DNA of 64,000 bases from the NCBI GenBank assembly GCA_963789945.1, contig CAWBMN010000008.1, forward strand, positions 20,810 to 84,809, in the 5' to 3' direction. Shown here one piece after another: positions 10,606 to 20,605 of the stretch (position 1 is its first letter; the number at the start of each line of letters is the position of its first letter). This DNA is from an uncultured beta proteobacterium. Lineage in GTDB: Bacteria; Pseudomonadota; Gammaproteobacteria; Burkholderiales; JACQAP01. A model generated the notes under the pieces. It did not search any database. It was not told the origin of the DNA and was given only the letters and a program-made list of their open reading frames with translations. The position numbers were made by a program, and so were the translations under genes.

Positions 10606-11694
10606 ATGAAACTGACAATAAAGAACGTCCGTGCCAGAGCAGTGATGGTGCCGCTGAAGCGCCCGCCGATATCGGCCTCGGGAGCGCTGCCGGAAGCGGC
10701 ACTGGTGCTGGTGGACGTGGAAGCCGGCGACGGTATCACCGGGCATGCGTACCTGGCCGCGTACGGCAAGGCGATGCTGAAGCCCCTGGTCAGCACCACC
10801 GAGGCACTTGCCGAGATGATCAAGGGCGATGCGCTGGTGCCCTACGAGATCGACACCAAGCTGCGCAAGCGCTTCACGCTGTTCGACACGCCCGGGCTGG
10901 TCGGCCTTGCGCTCGCGGGTATCGACATGGCGGCATGGGACGCCTATGCCAAGGGACTTAGCGTACCGCTGGTCGGTGCGCTTGGGGGACAAGTCAGGCC
11001 GGTGCGCGCCTACAACAGTTGCGGATTGTGGATCAAGGATCCGGCGTTGCTCGCGGACGAAGCGGCGGAACTGCTTTCGGAGGGCGGTTACAGCGCGGTC
11101 AAGCTGCGCATCGGGCGGCCGAATTTCAAGGACGACCTGGCCGCGGTACGCAACGTGAAGAAGCGCATCGGCGGCGACATCTCGCTGATGACCGACTTCA
11201 ACCAGAGCCAGACGGTGACCGAGGCCATCCTGCGCGGGCGCGCGCTCGACGATGAAGGACTGTACTGGATCGAGGAACCGGTGCGCCACGACAACTACGC
11301 CGGCTGCGCGAAGATCGCTCTGGAGGTGAAGACGCCGATCCAGATCGGCGAGAATCTGCTCAACACCTTCGAGATGCAAAAGGCGATCGAAGCAAAGGCC
11401 GCCGAGTATTACATGCCCGACGTGCAGCGCATCGGCGGCGTCACCGGCTGGATGCGTGCCGCCGCGCTCGCGCACGCGCACCACCTCGAGATGTCCAGCC
11501 ATTTGTTTCCGGAGATCAGCGCGCATCTGCTGGCGGTGACGCCGACCTGCCACTGGCTGGAGTACATGGACTGGGCCAATCCGATCCTGCAGGAACCATT
11601 CGCGGTGAAGAACGGCAACGTGATCATCCCGGACCGGCCGGGCGTGGGCTTCGACTGGAACGAGGCCGCAGTGAAGAAGTACCTGCTGGCGTAG
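10606..11694 (+). CDS. Mandelate racemase/muconate lactonizing enzyme family protein
   Basis: AGIDMAAWD, KLRIG, DFNQ, WIEEP, GEN, SSHLF motifs. Confidence 0.9.
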   Translation: MKLTIKNVRARAVMVPLKRPPISASGALPEAALVLVDVEAGDGITGHAYLAAYGKAMLKPLVSTTEALAEMIKGDALVPYEIDTKLRKRFTLFDTPGLVGLALAGIDMAAWDAYAKGLSVPLVGALGGQVRPVRAYNSCGLWIKDPALLADEAAELLSEGGYSAVKLRIGRPNFKDDLAAVRNVKKRIGGDISLMTDFNQSQTVTEAILRGRALDDEGLYWIEEPVRHDNYAGCAKIALEVKTPIQIGENLLNTFEMQKAIEAKAAEYYMPDVQRIGGVTGWMRAAALAHAHHLEMSSHLFPEISAHLLAVTPTCHWLEYMDWANPILQEPFAVKNGNVIIPDRPGVGFDWNEAAVKKYLLA

Positions 11695-11751
11695 AATGGC
11701 TCATAGATGAGGTGCATCGATTTGTTGCACCCCAACATCGAGGAACCGGCA

Positions 11752-13137
11752 ATGACCCTTGCTGCAGCAGAACTCCAGACCGCGATCGACGAATTGCGCG
11801 TGATATTCAAGGATCGCCTCTCTACAAGCACCGGGGTGCGCGACCATCACAGCAAGGACGAATCCTGGCACCACCCGCACCGGCCGGACGCGGTGGTGTT
11901 TCCGAACTCCACCGAGGAAGTCGCCGAGATCGTCCGCATCTGCGCGCGGCACAACACGCCGGTCGTCGCCTATGGCACCGGCACCTCGCTCGAAGGCAAC
12001 GTCATTCCGCATCAGGGCGGCGTGGTGGTGGACCTGGCGAACATGAACCAGGTCCTGCGGGTGAATGCGGAAGACCTCGACGTCACCGTGCAGGCCCGCG
12101 TCACCCGCAAGGAATTGAACGTGCACATCCGCGACCAGGGCCTGTTCTTTCCCATCGACCCCGGCGCTGACGCCTCCCTCGGCGGCATGGCGGCGACCCG
12201 CGCGTCCGGCACCAACGCAGTCCGCTACGGCACCATGCGCGAGAACGTGCTGGCGCTGACCGTGGTGCTCGCCGACGGCCGCATCATCCGCACCTCGCGG
12301 CGCGCGCGCAAATCCGCCGCCGGTTACGACCTCACCCGCCTGTTCGTCGGCTCAGAAGGCACGCTCGGCATCATTACCGAAGTGACATTGCGGCTCTACG
12401 GCATTCCCGAGGCGATGGCCGCGGCGGTGTGCTCCTTCGAAGGCATCGAAGGCGCGGTCAAAACCGTGATCCAGACCATCCAGCTCGGCATTCCGGTGGC
12501 GCGCATCGAATTGCTGGATGACGTGCAGATGGACTCGGTGAACAAGTTCTCGAAGCTGAACTACCCGGTCAAGGACACGCTGTTCATCGAATTCCACGGC
12601 ACCGATGCGGGCGTCAAGGAACAGGCGGAGCTGGTGCAGTCGATCGCGGCGGAGCACGGCGGCGGCGAGTTCAAGTGGGCGACCAAACCCGAAGAGCGCA
12701 GCCATCTTTGGACCGCGCGGCACGACGTGACCTACGCCAACAAGGCATTGCGCCCGGGATGCGAAATCTGGGCGACCGACGTGTGCGTGCCGATCTCCCG
12801 TCTCGCCGAATGCATCCTCGAGACCAAGAAGGATCTCAAGAAAAGCTTCCTGACGGCGCCGCTGGTCGGCCACGTCGGCGACGGCAACTTCCACCTTGGC
12901 TTTCTGATCAACCGCGACGACCCGAAAGAAATTGCCGAAGCCGAGCGGCTGAACGATCGGCTGGTGATGCGCGCACTGGCGATGGACGGCACCTGCACCG
13001 GCGAGCACGGCATCGGACTGGGCAAGATGAAGTTCCTCACCGCCGAGCACGGCGAGGCGGTCGCGGTGATGCGCCAGGTCAAGAAGGCGCTCGACCCGCA
13101 GAACATCATGAATCCGGGAAAAATTTTCACGTTGTGA
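11752..13137 (+). CDS. FAD-linked oxidase, D-lactate dehydrogenase/GlcD family
   Basis: GTGTSLEG, FPIDPGADASLGGM, GSEGTLG, GHVGDGNFH, GEHGIG, NPGK. Confidence 0.92.
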   Translation: MTLAAAELQTAIDELRVIFKDRLSTSTGVRDHHSKDESWHHPHRPDAVVFPNSTEEVAEIVRICARHNTPVVAYGTGTSLEGNVIPHQGGVVVDLANMNQVLRVNAEDLDVTVQARVTRKELNVHIRDQGLFFPIDPGADASLGGMAATRASGTNAVRYGTMRENVLALTVVLADGRIIRTSRRARKSAAGYDLTRLFVGSEGTLGIITEVTLRLYGIPEAMAAAVCSFEGIEGAVKTVIQTIQLGIPVARIELLDDVQMDSVNKFSKLNYPVKDTLFIEFHGTDAGVKEQAELVQSIAAEHGGGEFKWATKPEERSHLWTARHDVTYANKALRPGCEIWATDVCVPISRLAECILETKKDLKKSFLTAPLVGHVGDGNFHLGFLINRDDPKEIAEAERLNDRLVMRALAMDGTCTGEHGIGLGKMKFLTAEHGEAVAVMRQVKKALDPQNIMNPGKIFTL

Positions 13138-13280
13138 AGGGACGAGGGGCGGGGGACGAGGGATGAGGGAAAAGCAAATCTTTCCTTAACCTTGTTTTAA
13201 GAGTTCTCAACCCTCTTCCCTCGCCTCTCTTCCCTCCTCGGACTTCCCTCGCCCCTCGCCCCTCGTCCCTCGCCCCTTCA
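13135..13280. repeat. Intergenic inverted-repeat element with GAGGGGC/GCCCCTC heptamer arms
   Basis: TGAAGGGACGAGGGGCGGGGGACGAGGG ... CCCTCGCCCCTCGCCCCTCGTCCCTCGCCCCTTCA around an AT-richer spacer. Confidence 0.82.
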
Positions 13281-13628
13281 GTGACCACGATCTACGGCAT
13301 CAAGAACTGTGAAACGATGAAGAAGGCGTTCGCCTGGCTGGACGATCACGGCGTACGCTACGACTTCCACGATTACAAGAAGGCAGGGATCGACGCAGCC
13401 AAACTCAAGGCCTGGTCGAAGCAGGCCGGCTGGGAAACGCTGCTCAACACCCGCGGCACCACCTGGCGCAAGCTGTCTCCGTCGCAGCAGGCAAATCTCG
13501 ACGAAGCCAAGGCGCTCAAGCTGATGAGCGAGAACCCGAGCCTGATCAAGCGCCCGGTACTGGACCACGGCGGCGCGCTGGTGGTGGGATTCGTGCCGGA
13601 GCGCTACTCCAATACATTCGGGAAATAG
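13281..13628 (+). CDS. ArsC/Spx family protein (YffB-like)
   Basis: IYGIKNCETMKKA, LLNTRGTTWRKL, PSLIKRPV. Confidence 0.9.
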   Translation: MTTIYGIKNCETMKKAFAWLDDHGVRYDFHDYKKAGIDAAKLKAWSKQAGWETLLNTRGTTWRKLSPSQQANLDEAKALKLMSENPSLIKRPVLDHGGALVVGFVPERYSNTFGK

Positions 13629-13638
13629 GAGATTGAAC

Positions 13639-15438
13639 ATGCGTCATCACGCCTTGGTGCTTGGCCTCCTGGCTCTGTGTTGTTCGCTCAACGCCAATGG
13701 CGCCGGACTCATCGACGACAACCGCCTGCTCAAAGCGCAGGCGGACCCGGGCAACTGGCTGAGTCACGGCCGCGATTACAGTAACCTGCGCTTCTCGCCC
13801 CTCAAGCAAATCAACAGGGCCAACGTCAAGAGTCTGGCCCCGGTCTGGACTTTCAAAAGCGGCGTGTCGTCCACCTTCCAGGCCACGCCGATCGTGGCGG
13901 ACGGAGTGATGTACCTGTCCCTGCCCTTTAACCATGTTGTTGCGCTGGACGCGAAGACAGGCAAGGAACGTTGGCGTTATCAGCACAAACGGCGCACCGA
14001 GAAGATGTGTTGCGGTCCCGCCAATCGCGGCGTTGCGGTGGCCTACGGCAAGGTGTTCATCGGCACGGTGGACGCGCGCCTGATCGCCCTGGATCAGAAC
14101 AGCGGCAAGCCGGTCTGGGATATTCCGCTGGTGGAGGGTCTCGATGGCGCGACGGAGAGGACCGATCAGCTTGGTGCCGATGATCCGCTTCGCAACAGCC
14201 GCGTCAGCGGGTCCACCGGTGTGGGCGCGAACATGGCCCCACTGGTCTACAAGGGCAAGGTCATCATCGGCATTACCGGGGTGGGCTACGGCCTGCATCT
14301 GGACTCCGAGCGCGAGGGCGCCCCGCTCGGGGCAGTCGTCGGTATCGCGGGGCAAAGTCAGCGGGCGGGCTTCTACGCGGCCTTCGACGCCAATACCGGA
14401 AAGAAGATCTGGCAATTCGACTCCACGCCGGCTTCGGGGTGGGAAGGCACGTTTCTCGAGACTACTGCCGACGGGGCGAAACTGGAACGAGACATCGAAC
14501 GAGAACGCGCCACGTTTGCGCAGTATCCGGATGCAGCCAGTCGCGGCGGCGGGTCGGCCTGGACCACTCCCGCCATCGACCCGAAGGAAAACCTGATCTA
14601 TGTCGGCGTCGGCAACCCTTCGCCGCAAATGGATGATTTGACGCGACCGGGTGACAACCTCTACACGGTGTCTCTCGTTGCACTGGACGCCGACTCGGGC
14701 AAGGTCAAGTGGCATTACCAGGAAGTCCCGCACGACATGTGGGGCTACGACGTGGCAAGTCCACCTGTGCTGTTTGAAGTGACGAGAGGCTACGACACGA
14801 TTCCGGCCATAGGCCAGGCGGGCAAGACGGGATGGTTCTATGTGATGGATCGCCGCGACGGCCGCTTGCTCTTCAAGTCCGAGGCCTTCGTGCCGCAACA
14901 GAACTTGTTCAAGCGACCTACCGCGGAGGGCATCGAAATCGCGCCGGGCGGCGCCGGGGGCGCAAGCTGGTCGCCGGTTTCTTTCGACACGCGCACGGGG
15001 ATCGCCTTTGTCGCGGCGATTCACTGGCCCATGCGTTACACGGTGAAGGAAATTCCAGCGACCGCGGACAAGGCCGCTCTGCGATACACGTCCCTGGAGC
15101 CCGGCGCCGGGCCGCGCTGGGGCGTGTTGAGCGCCATCGAAACCCGACTCTCCGGCAAGATCAAGTGGCAAGTGAAAACAACCGAGCCCCTGGTCGGCGG
15201 CGTGCTTGCCACCGCGGGTGATCTGCTTTTCATGGGTGAGGGCAATGGCAATTTCAACGCCTTCAATTCCGAAACCGGCGAATTGCTCTGGCAGGTCAAC
15301 GGCAGCGCCGGTGTGAACGCACCGCCTGTGACTTATCAGGTCGACGGCAGGCAGTACGTCGCAGTCGCTGCGGGCGGCAATGCGCTGTTCGGCTTCAAGC
15401 AGGGAGACGCGGTGATGGTGTTCGCCTTGCCGGAGTAG
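13639..15438 (+). CDS. Secreted PQQ-dependent dehydrogenase-like beta-propeller with a divergent active site
   Basis: Signal peptide; RFSPLKQIN, CCGPANRG vicinal cysteines, GNPSP, GDNLYT, tryptophan docking repeats, YQVDGRQYVAV. Confidence 0.9.
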   Translation: MRHHALVLGLLALCCSLNANGAGLIDDNRLLKAQADPGNWLSHGRDYSNLRFSPLKQINRANVKSLAPVWTFKSGVSSTFQATPIVADGVMYLSLPFNHVVALDAKTGKERWRYQHKRRTEKMCCGPANRGVAVAYGKVFIGTVDARLIALDQNSGKPVWDIPLVEGLDGATERTDQLGADDPLRNSRVSGSTGVGANMAPLVYKGKVIIGITGVGYGLHLDSEREGAPLGAVVGIAGQSQRAGFYAAFDANTGKKIWQFDSTPASGWEGTFLETTADGAKLERDIERERATFAQYPDAASRGGGSAWTTPAIDPKENLIYVGVGNPSPQMDDLTRPGDNLYTVSLVALDADSGKVKWHYQEVPHDMWGYDVASPPVLFEVTRGYDTIPAIGQAGKTGWFYVMDRRDGRLLFKSEAFVPQQNLFKRPTAEGIEIAPGGAGGASWSPVSFDTRTGIAFVAAIHWPMRYTVKEIPATADKAALRYTSLEPGAGPRWGVLSAIETRLSGKIKWQVKTTEPLVGGVLATAGDLLFMGEGNGNFNAFNSETGELLWQVNGSAGVNAPPVTYQVDGRQYVAVAAGGNALFGFKQGDAVMVFALPE

Positions 15439-15491
15439 GAATGCCTGGCAAGTTCGTCTGATCGAATGCAATCCGGAGTGGGAGCACAAAC

Positions 15492-17651
15492 ATGACGACT
15501 GGAAGATTGCGCCGCGGCATCACGGCGGCCGGAATCGCGATGCTGCTCGCCGCCTCCGCGGCGGCGACTGGTTCATATGCAGCCGATGCGGATTTCGGTA
15601 TCGGCGAGAACGATCTCGGCGGCCTCGTGAAAACCGCGAACGGGCGGGAAGCCGGCGTGTGGGTGATCGCCGAGACAATCGATCTTCCGACCCGATTCGC
15701 CAAGATCGTAGTCACCGACGACCAGGGGCGCTACATCATGCCCGACCTGCCGAAGGCGAGCTACAGCGTCTGGGTGCGCGGATACGGTCTGGTCGATTCG
15801 CCCAAAGTCCACGCCACGCCCGGGAAACGCCTCGACCTGAGCGCGGTCGTGTCGCCGAGCGCTGCGGCGGCGGCCGAATATTACCCGGCGATCTACTGGT
15901 ACTCGCTGCTGAAGATTCCCGCGAAGAGCGAATTCCCCGGCACGGGGCTGGATGGCAACGGCATCGACCCCGGCATGAAGATGCAGACCCATTGGCTCAA
16001 CATCGTGAAGACGAACGGCTGCATGGCCTGTCACGCGCTGGGCACGGTGGGTACGCGCACCATTCCGAAGGATTTCGCGCACATGACCTCCACCGAGGCG
16101 TGGGGGCGGCGCATCGCCTCGGGACAAGCGATGAACAACATGATCACCTGGGCGGGCCGGCTCGGCACCTCGCGAGCGCTCGCACAATGGGCCGACTGGA
16201 CCGACCGGATCGCCGCCGGCGAACTGCCGTTCGCAAAGCCCGACCGGCCGCAGGGCATCGAGCGCAATCTCGTGGTGACGATGTGGGACTGGAGCCGCCC
16301 GACAGCCTACATGCATGATCTGATCGGAACCGACCGGCGCAAGCCCACGCTCAATGCCAACGGGAAGTTCTACGGCGCGCCCGAGAACAGCACCGATTTC
16401 TGGCCGGTCCTCGATCCGCTCACACACACAGCGACGGAAGTCAGGCATCCCGTGCGCGATCCGAATACGCCTTCCCATAAGACCGATCCGATGGCGCCTT
16501 CCGCGTATTGGGGGCCGGACCCAATCTGGGACAGCCAGACCAGCACGCACAACCAGATGATGGACGAGAGGGGGCGGGTCTGGGCGGCGGCGCGCGTCCG
16601 CCATCCAAACAACCCCGACGATTGCAGGAAAGGTTCGGACCATCCGTCGGCGAAAGCATTTCCCATCGAGAGCGCGAACCGGCATCTGTCTATGTACGAC
16701 CCGGCCACGAACAAGTGGACACTGATCTCGACCTGCTTTCCGACACACCACGTGATTTTCGCCGAGGACGCCAACAGCACGCTGTGGACCTCGGCCGGGG
16801 TCGGCGGCCCGGGCGTGGCCGGCTGGCTGAACCGGAAGATGTTCGAGGAAACCGGCGACGAGATGAAGTCACAGGGCTGGACGCCCTTCATCCTCGATGC
16901 CAACGGCAATGGCAGGCGCGACGAATGGGTCGAGCCCGACCAGCCGCTGGACCCCGCGAAAGACAAGCGCATCGCGATCAACCTCTACAGCGTGGCGGTC
17001 AACCCGGTGGACGGTTCGGTTTGGGGAACCGCGCTTGCGCCGTTCCCCAGCTATGCCGTGCGCGTCGCGCCGGGAACTGATCCGACGCACACGGCAATTA
17101 CCGAGATCTACGAGCCGCCGTTGCCCGCCTACGGCGCGCGCGGCGGAGACATCGACCGCAACGGCGTGTTCTGGGCGTCGTTCGCGAGCGGCCATCTCGG
17201 CAGCTTCGACCGTCGCAAGTGCAAGGCACCGTTGAGCGGACCGAACGCGACCGGCAAACACTGCCCCGAAGGCTGGACGCTGTACCGCTTTCCCGGACCG
17301 CAGTTCCGCGATGTGCAGGACGACGGCAGCGCCGAGGCGAGTTACTACGTCTGGGTGGACTGGTTCAACACGCTGGGTTTGGGCAACAACGTGCCGATCG
17401 CGACGGGCAACACCAGCGATGCCTACTTCGCGCTGGTCAACGGCAAGTTCGTAACGCTACGCGTGCCCTACCCGATGGGTTTCTACGCGAAGTGGGGCGA
17501 AGGCCGCATCGACGATCCCAAGGCCGGCTGGAAAGGCCGCGCGATCTGGGCCACGGATTCCACCCGGACGCCGTTTCATTCAGAAGGCGGCACCCAACGC
17601 AGTGCCAGGGTCTACAAATTACAGATGCGACCCGATCCGCTCGCTCGCTAG
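15492..17651 (+). CDS. Secreted protein with a carboxypeptidase-regulatory-like N-domain and a CxxCH motif
   Basis: Signal peptide; EAGVWVIAET..TDDQGRY..YSVWVRGYGLVDS; CMACH; propeller-like C-terminal part. Confidence 0.75.
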   Translation: MTTGRLRRGITAAGIAMLLAASAAATGSYAADADFGIGENDLGGLVKTANGREAGVWVIAETIDLPTRFAKIVVTDDQGRYIMPDLPKASYSVWVRGYGLVDSPKVHATPGKRLDLSAVVSPSAAAAAEYYPAIYWYSLLKIPAKSEFPGTGLDGNGIDPGMKMQTHWLNIVKTNGCMACHALGTVGTRTIPKDFAHMTSTEAWGRRIASGQAMNNMITWAGRLGTSRALAQWADWTDRIAAGELPFAKPDRPQGIERNLVVTMWDWSRPTAYMHDLIGTDRRKPTLNANGKFYGAPENSTDFWPVLDPLTHTATEVRHPVRDPNTPSHKTDPMAPSAYWGPDPIWDSQTSTHNQMMDERGRVWAAARVRHPNNPDDCRKGSDHPSAKAFPIESANRHLSMYDPATNKWTLISTCFPTHHVIFAEDANSTLWTSAGVGGPGVAGWLNRKMFEETGDEMKSQGWTPFILDANGNGRRDEWVEPDQPLDPAKDKRIAINLYSVAVNPVDGSVWGTALAPFPSYAVRVAPGTDPTHTAITEIYEPPLPAYGARGGDIDRNGVFWASFASGHLGSFDRRKCKAPLSGPNATGKHCPEGWTLYRFPGPQFRDVQDDGSAEASYYVWVDWFNTLGLGNNVPIATGNTSDAYFALVNGKFVTLRVPYPMGFYAKWGEGRIDDPKAGWKGRAIWATDSTRTPFHSEGGTQRSARVYKLQMRPDPLAR

Positions 17652-18964
17652 TGCAGCAGCCGCGGCAGGAACATCGCCACATCCGGAATGAAGAGCACGA
17701 TCAGCAGGCCGATAACCTGCAGCGCGATGAAAGGCAGCAGCGACACAAAAATGTGATTGAGGCTGATCTCGGGTGGCGCCACCGACTTCAGGTAGAACGC
17801 CGCCTGGCCGAACGGCGGTGACAGGTAGCCCACCTGCATGGTGATGTTGAACAGGACCCCGAACCAGATCAGGTCGTAGCCCAGCGCGGTCACCGTCGGT
17901 GCGAAGATCGGCATGGTCAGCAGCATGATCGAGAACCAGTCCATGAACATGCCAAGCACCAGGAAGATCGCCATCATGATCAGGATGACGCCGATCGGCT
18001 CCAGCGGCAGACCGGTCATGATGCTCTTCAGGTAAGTGATTCCTCCCAGCAGATTGTAAACGCCGACCATCGCGTTGGCACCGATCGACAACCAGATCAG
18101 CAGGCCGCATGTCGACATCGCCGAGTACAGCGAATCGCGCAGCATTGCGAGGGTCAACGTGCGCCGGATCGCAGCCGCCACAGTCACTCCCGCCACACCC
18201 ATCGCCGCCGCCTCGCTCACCGACGTGATGCCGGTGTAGATGCTGCCGAGCACGGAAAAAATGATCAACAGCGGCAGAATGACGCTTTTGAGTGCCGCGA
18301 ACTTGGCCATCAACGGGATGTTGCGCATCTCCGCCGGCGCCGGCGGCCCGAGTTTCGGGTTGAGCCCACACCGGATCAGCACGTAGATAATGTAGATCAG
18401 TGCCAGGACCACGCCCGGAATCGTGGAGGCCAGGAACAGGTCGCCTATCGAGGTCGAGGTCGTGAGCCCGTAGAACACCAGCACGAGGCTCGGCGGAATC
18501 ATGGTTCCGAGCGAGCCGCCGGCACATACCACGCCGATTGCGAGCTTCGAGTCATAACGCAACCGCAGCATCTGCGGCAGCGCGACCAGGCCGAGCAGGA
18601 TGACCTCGCCGCCGATGATGCCGGTCATAGCCGCCATCACCGACGCCGCGATCAATGTCATGACCCCCACGCCGCCGGGAAGCCGCCCGGCCCAGATCTT
18701 CAACGCGTCGTACAGATCGTGCGCGACTCCGGATTTGTCGAGGATGTTGGCCATCATCAGGAACATCGGCACCGACAGCAGGACATAGGAGTTGACGAAG
18801 CCGTAAGTCCGGAAGGTGACGATCGCCAGGCTGTCCAGATCGGCGAACAGCGCGCAGAACACGACGGCGATCAGCCCGGTCGCGAACGCGATCGGCATGC
18901 CCAGAACGATGATCAGCAGCACGAAGGCCGCCAGCATCAGCAGCGAAATGATCTCGATGCCCAT
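17648..18964 (-). CDS. dctM: TRAP transporter large permease
   Basis: GGSLGTMIPPS, SEAAAMG, YLSPPFG. Confidence 0.92.
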   Translation of the reverse strand: MGIEIISLLMLAAFVLLIIVLGMPIAFATGLIAVVFCALFADLDSLAIVTFRTYGFVNSYVLLSVPMFLMMANILDKSGVAHDLYDALKIWAGRLPGGVGVMTLIAASVMAAMTGIIGGEVILLGLVALPQMLRLRYDSKLAIGVVCAGGSLGTMIPPSLVLVFYGLTTSTSIGDLFLASTIPGVVLALIYIIYVLIRCGLNPKLGPPAPAEMRNIPLMAKFAALKSVILPLLIIFSVLGSIYTGITSVSEAAAMGVAGVTVAAAIRRTLTLAMLRDSLYSAMSTCGLLIWLSIGANAMVGVYNLLGGITYLKSIMTGLPLEPIGVILIMMAIFLVLGMFMDWFSIMLLTMPIFAPTVTALGYDLIWFGVLFNITMQVGYLSPPFGQAAFYLKSVAPPEISLNHIFVSLLPFIALQVIGLLIVLFIPDVAMFLPRLLH

Positions 18965-18967
18965 GGC

Positions 18968-19489
18968 TCAGTCCTTCGCGCGCAGCGCTTTCAGGTCGCC
19001 GCGGATATTGGAGATCATCTGCACGATCATCAGCAGGGCGCCGATGACCATGGAAACCTTGACGATTACCGGTGTGGGCTGGGCCCACGCGGAACCGCCG
19101 ACCTCCCAGTCCTGGACCGACAGCCATGCCATGTTGAACGAGAACCAGGCAAACGCCACGAGATAGACGATAGCGAGAATCGAGGTGACGACATCGAAGC
19201 GCAGCCTAGTGCGCCGCGACAGGCGATCGTGCACTGCGGTGATGCGGATATGCTCGCGGCGCATCAGCGAGTAGGATCCGCCGATGAGGAAGGCCACAGC
19301 GATCGCCGTGGTGACGACGTCGTACACCCACACCGTAGGCGACTTGAAGATCACGTCGGCGACGACGTCGTAGATCGTCACGATGATCGACAGCGCAAAG
19401 CTAAAGCTCAGCGCCCTGGCAATCGTTTCGATCGCGCGATCGACGGCGTTTATCCCGGTTGCTTCCGCATCGGGTACCGATTCCGCCAT
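18968..19489 (-). CDS. dctQ: TRAP transporter small permease
   Basis: Four hydrophobic segments; HIRI motif. Confidence 0.88.
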   Translation of the reverse strand: MAESVPDAEATGINAVDRAIETIARALSFSFALSIIVTIYDVVADVIFKSPTVWVYDVVTTAIAVAFLIGGSYSLMRREHIRITAVHDRLSRRTRLRFDVVTSILAIVYLVAFAWFSFNMAWLSVQDWEVGGSAWAQPTPVIVKVSMVIGALLMIVQMISNIRGDLKALRAKD

Positions 19490-19520
19490 GATTTTCTCCC
19501 CGTCTTATTGTTGTTCGCGG

Positions 19521-19559
19521 GAACGAAGCGGGCGCGGCTCAAGCCGCGCCCGTGCGTTC
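19521..19559 (-). terminator. Hairpin downstream of the second dctP
   Basis: Inverted repeat CGGGCGCGGCT..AGCCGCGCCCG, extended by GAACG/CGTTC. Confidence 0.5.
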
Positions 19560-19579
19560 AGTTCCTTGCTGGCATACCC

Positions 19580-20605
19580 CTAAAGTTTGCCGATCGATTT
19601 CAGGAATTTCGTCTGGCTTTCGTAGATCTCCTTGGCCAGCGGGCTCTTCTTCGACCACTTCTCCCACACCTTGTGAGCAACCTGGCGAAACTCGCCCTTT
19701 TCCTTCTCGCCCCACTGGACCAGCGTGCCCGGATCGCGCTTGGCGGCGGCCTTGCGGTCCTCGAGTTCCTGGTCCATCCACGTGCGCATGCACCACTCGT
19801 CCACCGCGGCGGTCACGATTGCCTTCTGCTCGGCGGACAACGCATTCCACTTGCGCTTGCTCACGACGAAGTCGACCGAGTTCATGGAATGGATGCCCGG
19901 GTAGATCGCATAAGGTGCGATCCGGTTGTAGCCGGCCTCGTCGTTCACCGACAACGTGCCCCAGTCGGTCGCCTCGATCTTGCCGGTATCCAGCGCCGTG
20001 TACACCTCGGTGCCGGGCATCACCGACACCGATGCGCCCAGCGACGCGAAGATCTCGGCCGGGATGCCGTCGGGCGCGCGCATTTTCACGCCTTTGAAGT
20101 CGGCAATGGAGCGGATCGGCTTCTTCGACGGGATCGACTCCTGCCCGAGAATGATCGGGCCCATGAAAATGGCATCCCACTTGGCGGAAATCTTGTTCAT
20201 GACCTCCATCCCGCCGCCTTGCCGGTACCACATCAGCAGGTGCAGCGGATTGTCGTAGGCGGCTGTCATGTCCCAGAACGCCGCCGCCGGCTCCTTGCCG
20301 CCCTGGTACGCCATTGTTCCCACGGCGCCGTCGAGCAGGCCCGCCTTGATGGCGTCGAGCGCTTCGGCCTGCGGCACAATGGTCGCAACCGGGAAAGGCT
20401 GAATCTCCACCTCCCCTTTGGTGGCCTCCTTCACGCGCGCGGCAAAAGCCTGAAAATCCTTGTAGACCGTGGTGTTCGGCCCGTAGAGGTTCTGCACCTT
20501 CCACTTGTGCTGCGCCTCGGCTGTGCCGGCCGCGCCGGCCAGCGCCAGGCCCGCCAAAACGGCCAGGCTCGCGGACCTCGCAACGCCCATCAACGAACGA
20601 TTCAT
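19580..20605 (-). CDS. dctP: TRAP transporter substrate-binding protein
   Basis: Signal peptide ending AEA; DFKGVKMRAP, EVYTALDTGKIEATDW. Confidence 0.9.
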   Translation of the reverse strand: MNRSLMGVARSASLAVLAGLALAGAAGTAEAQHKWKVQNLYGPNTTVYKDFQAFAARVKEATKGEVEIQPFPVATIVPQAEALDAIKAGLLDGAVGTMAYQGGKEPAAAFWDMTAAYDNPLHLLMWYRQGGGMEVMNKISAKWDAIFMGPIILGQESIPSKKPIRSIADFKGVKMRAPDGIPAEIFASLGASVSVMPGTEVYTALDTGKIEATDWGTLSVNDEAGYNRIAPYAIYPGIHSMNSVDFVVSKRKWNALSAEQKAIVTAAVDEWCMRTWMDQELEDRKAAAKRDPGTLVQWGEKEKGEFRQVAHKVWEKWSKKSPLAKEIYESQTKFLKSIGKL

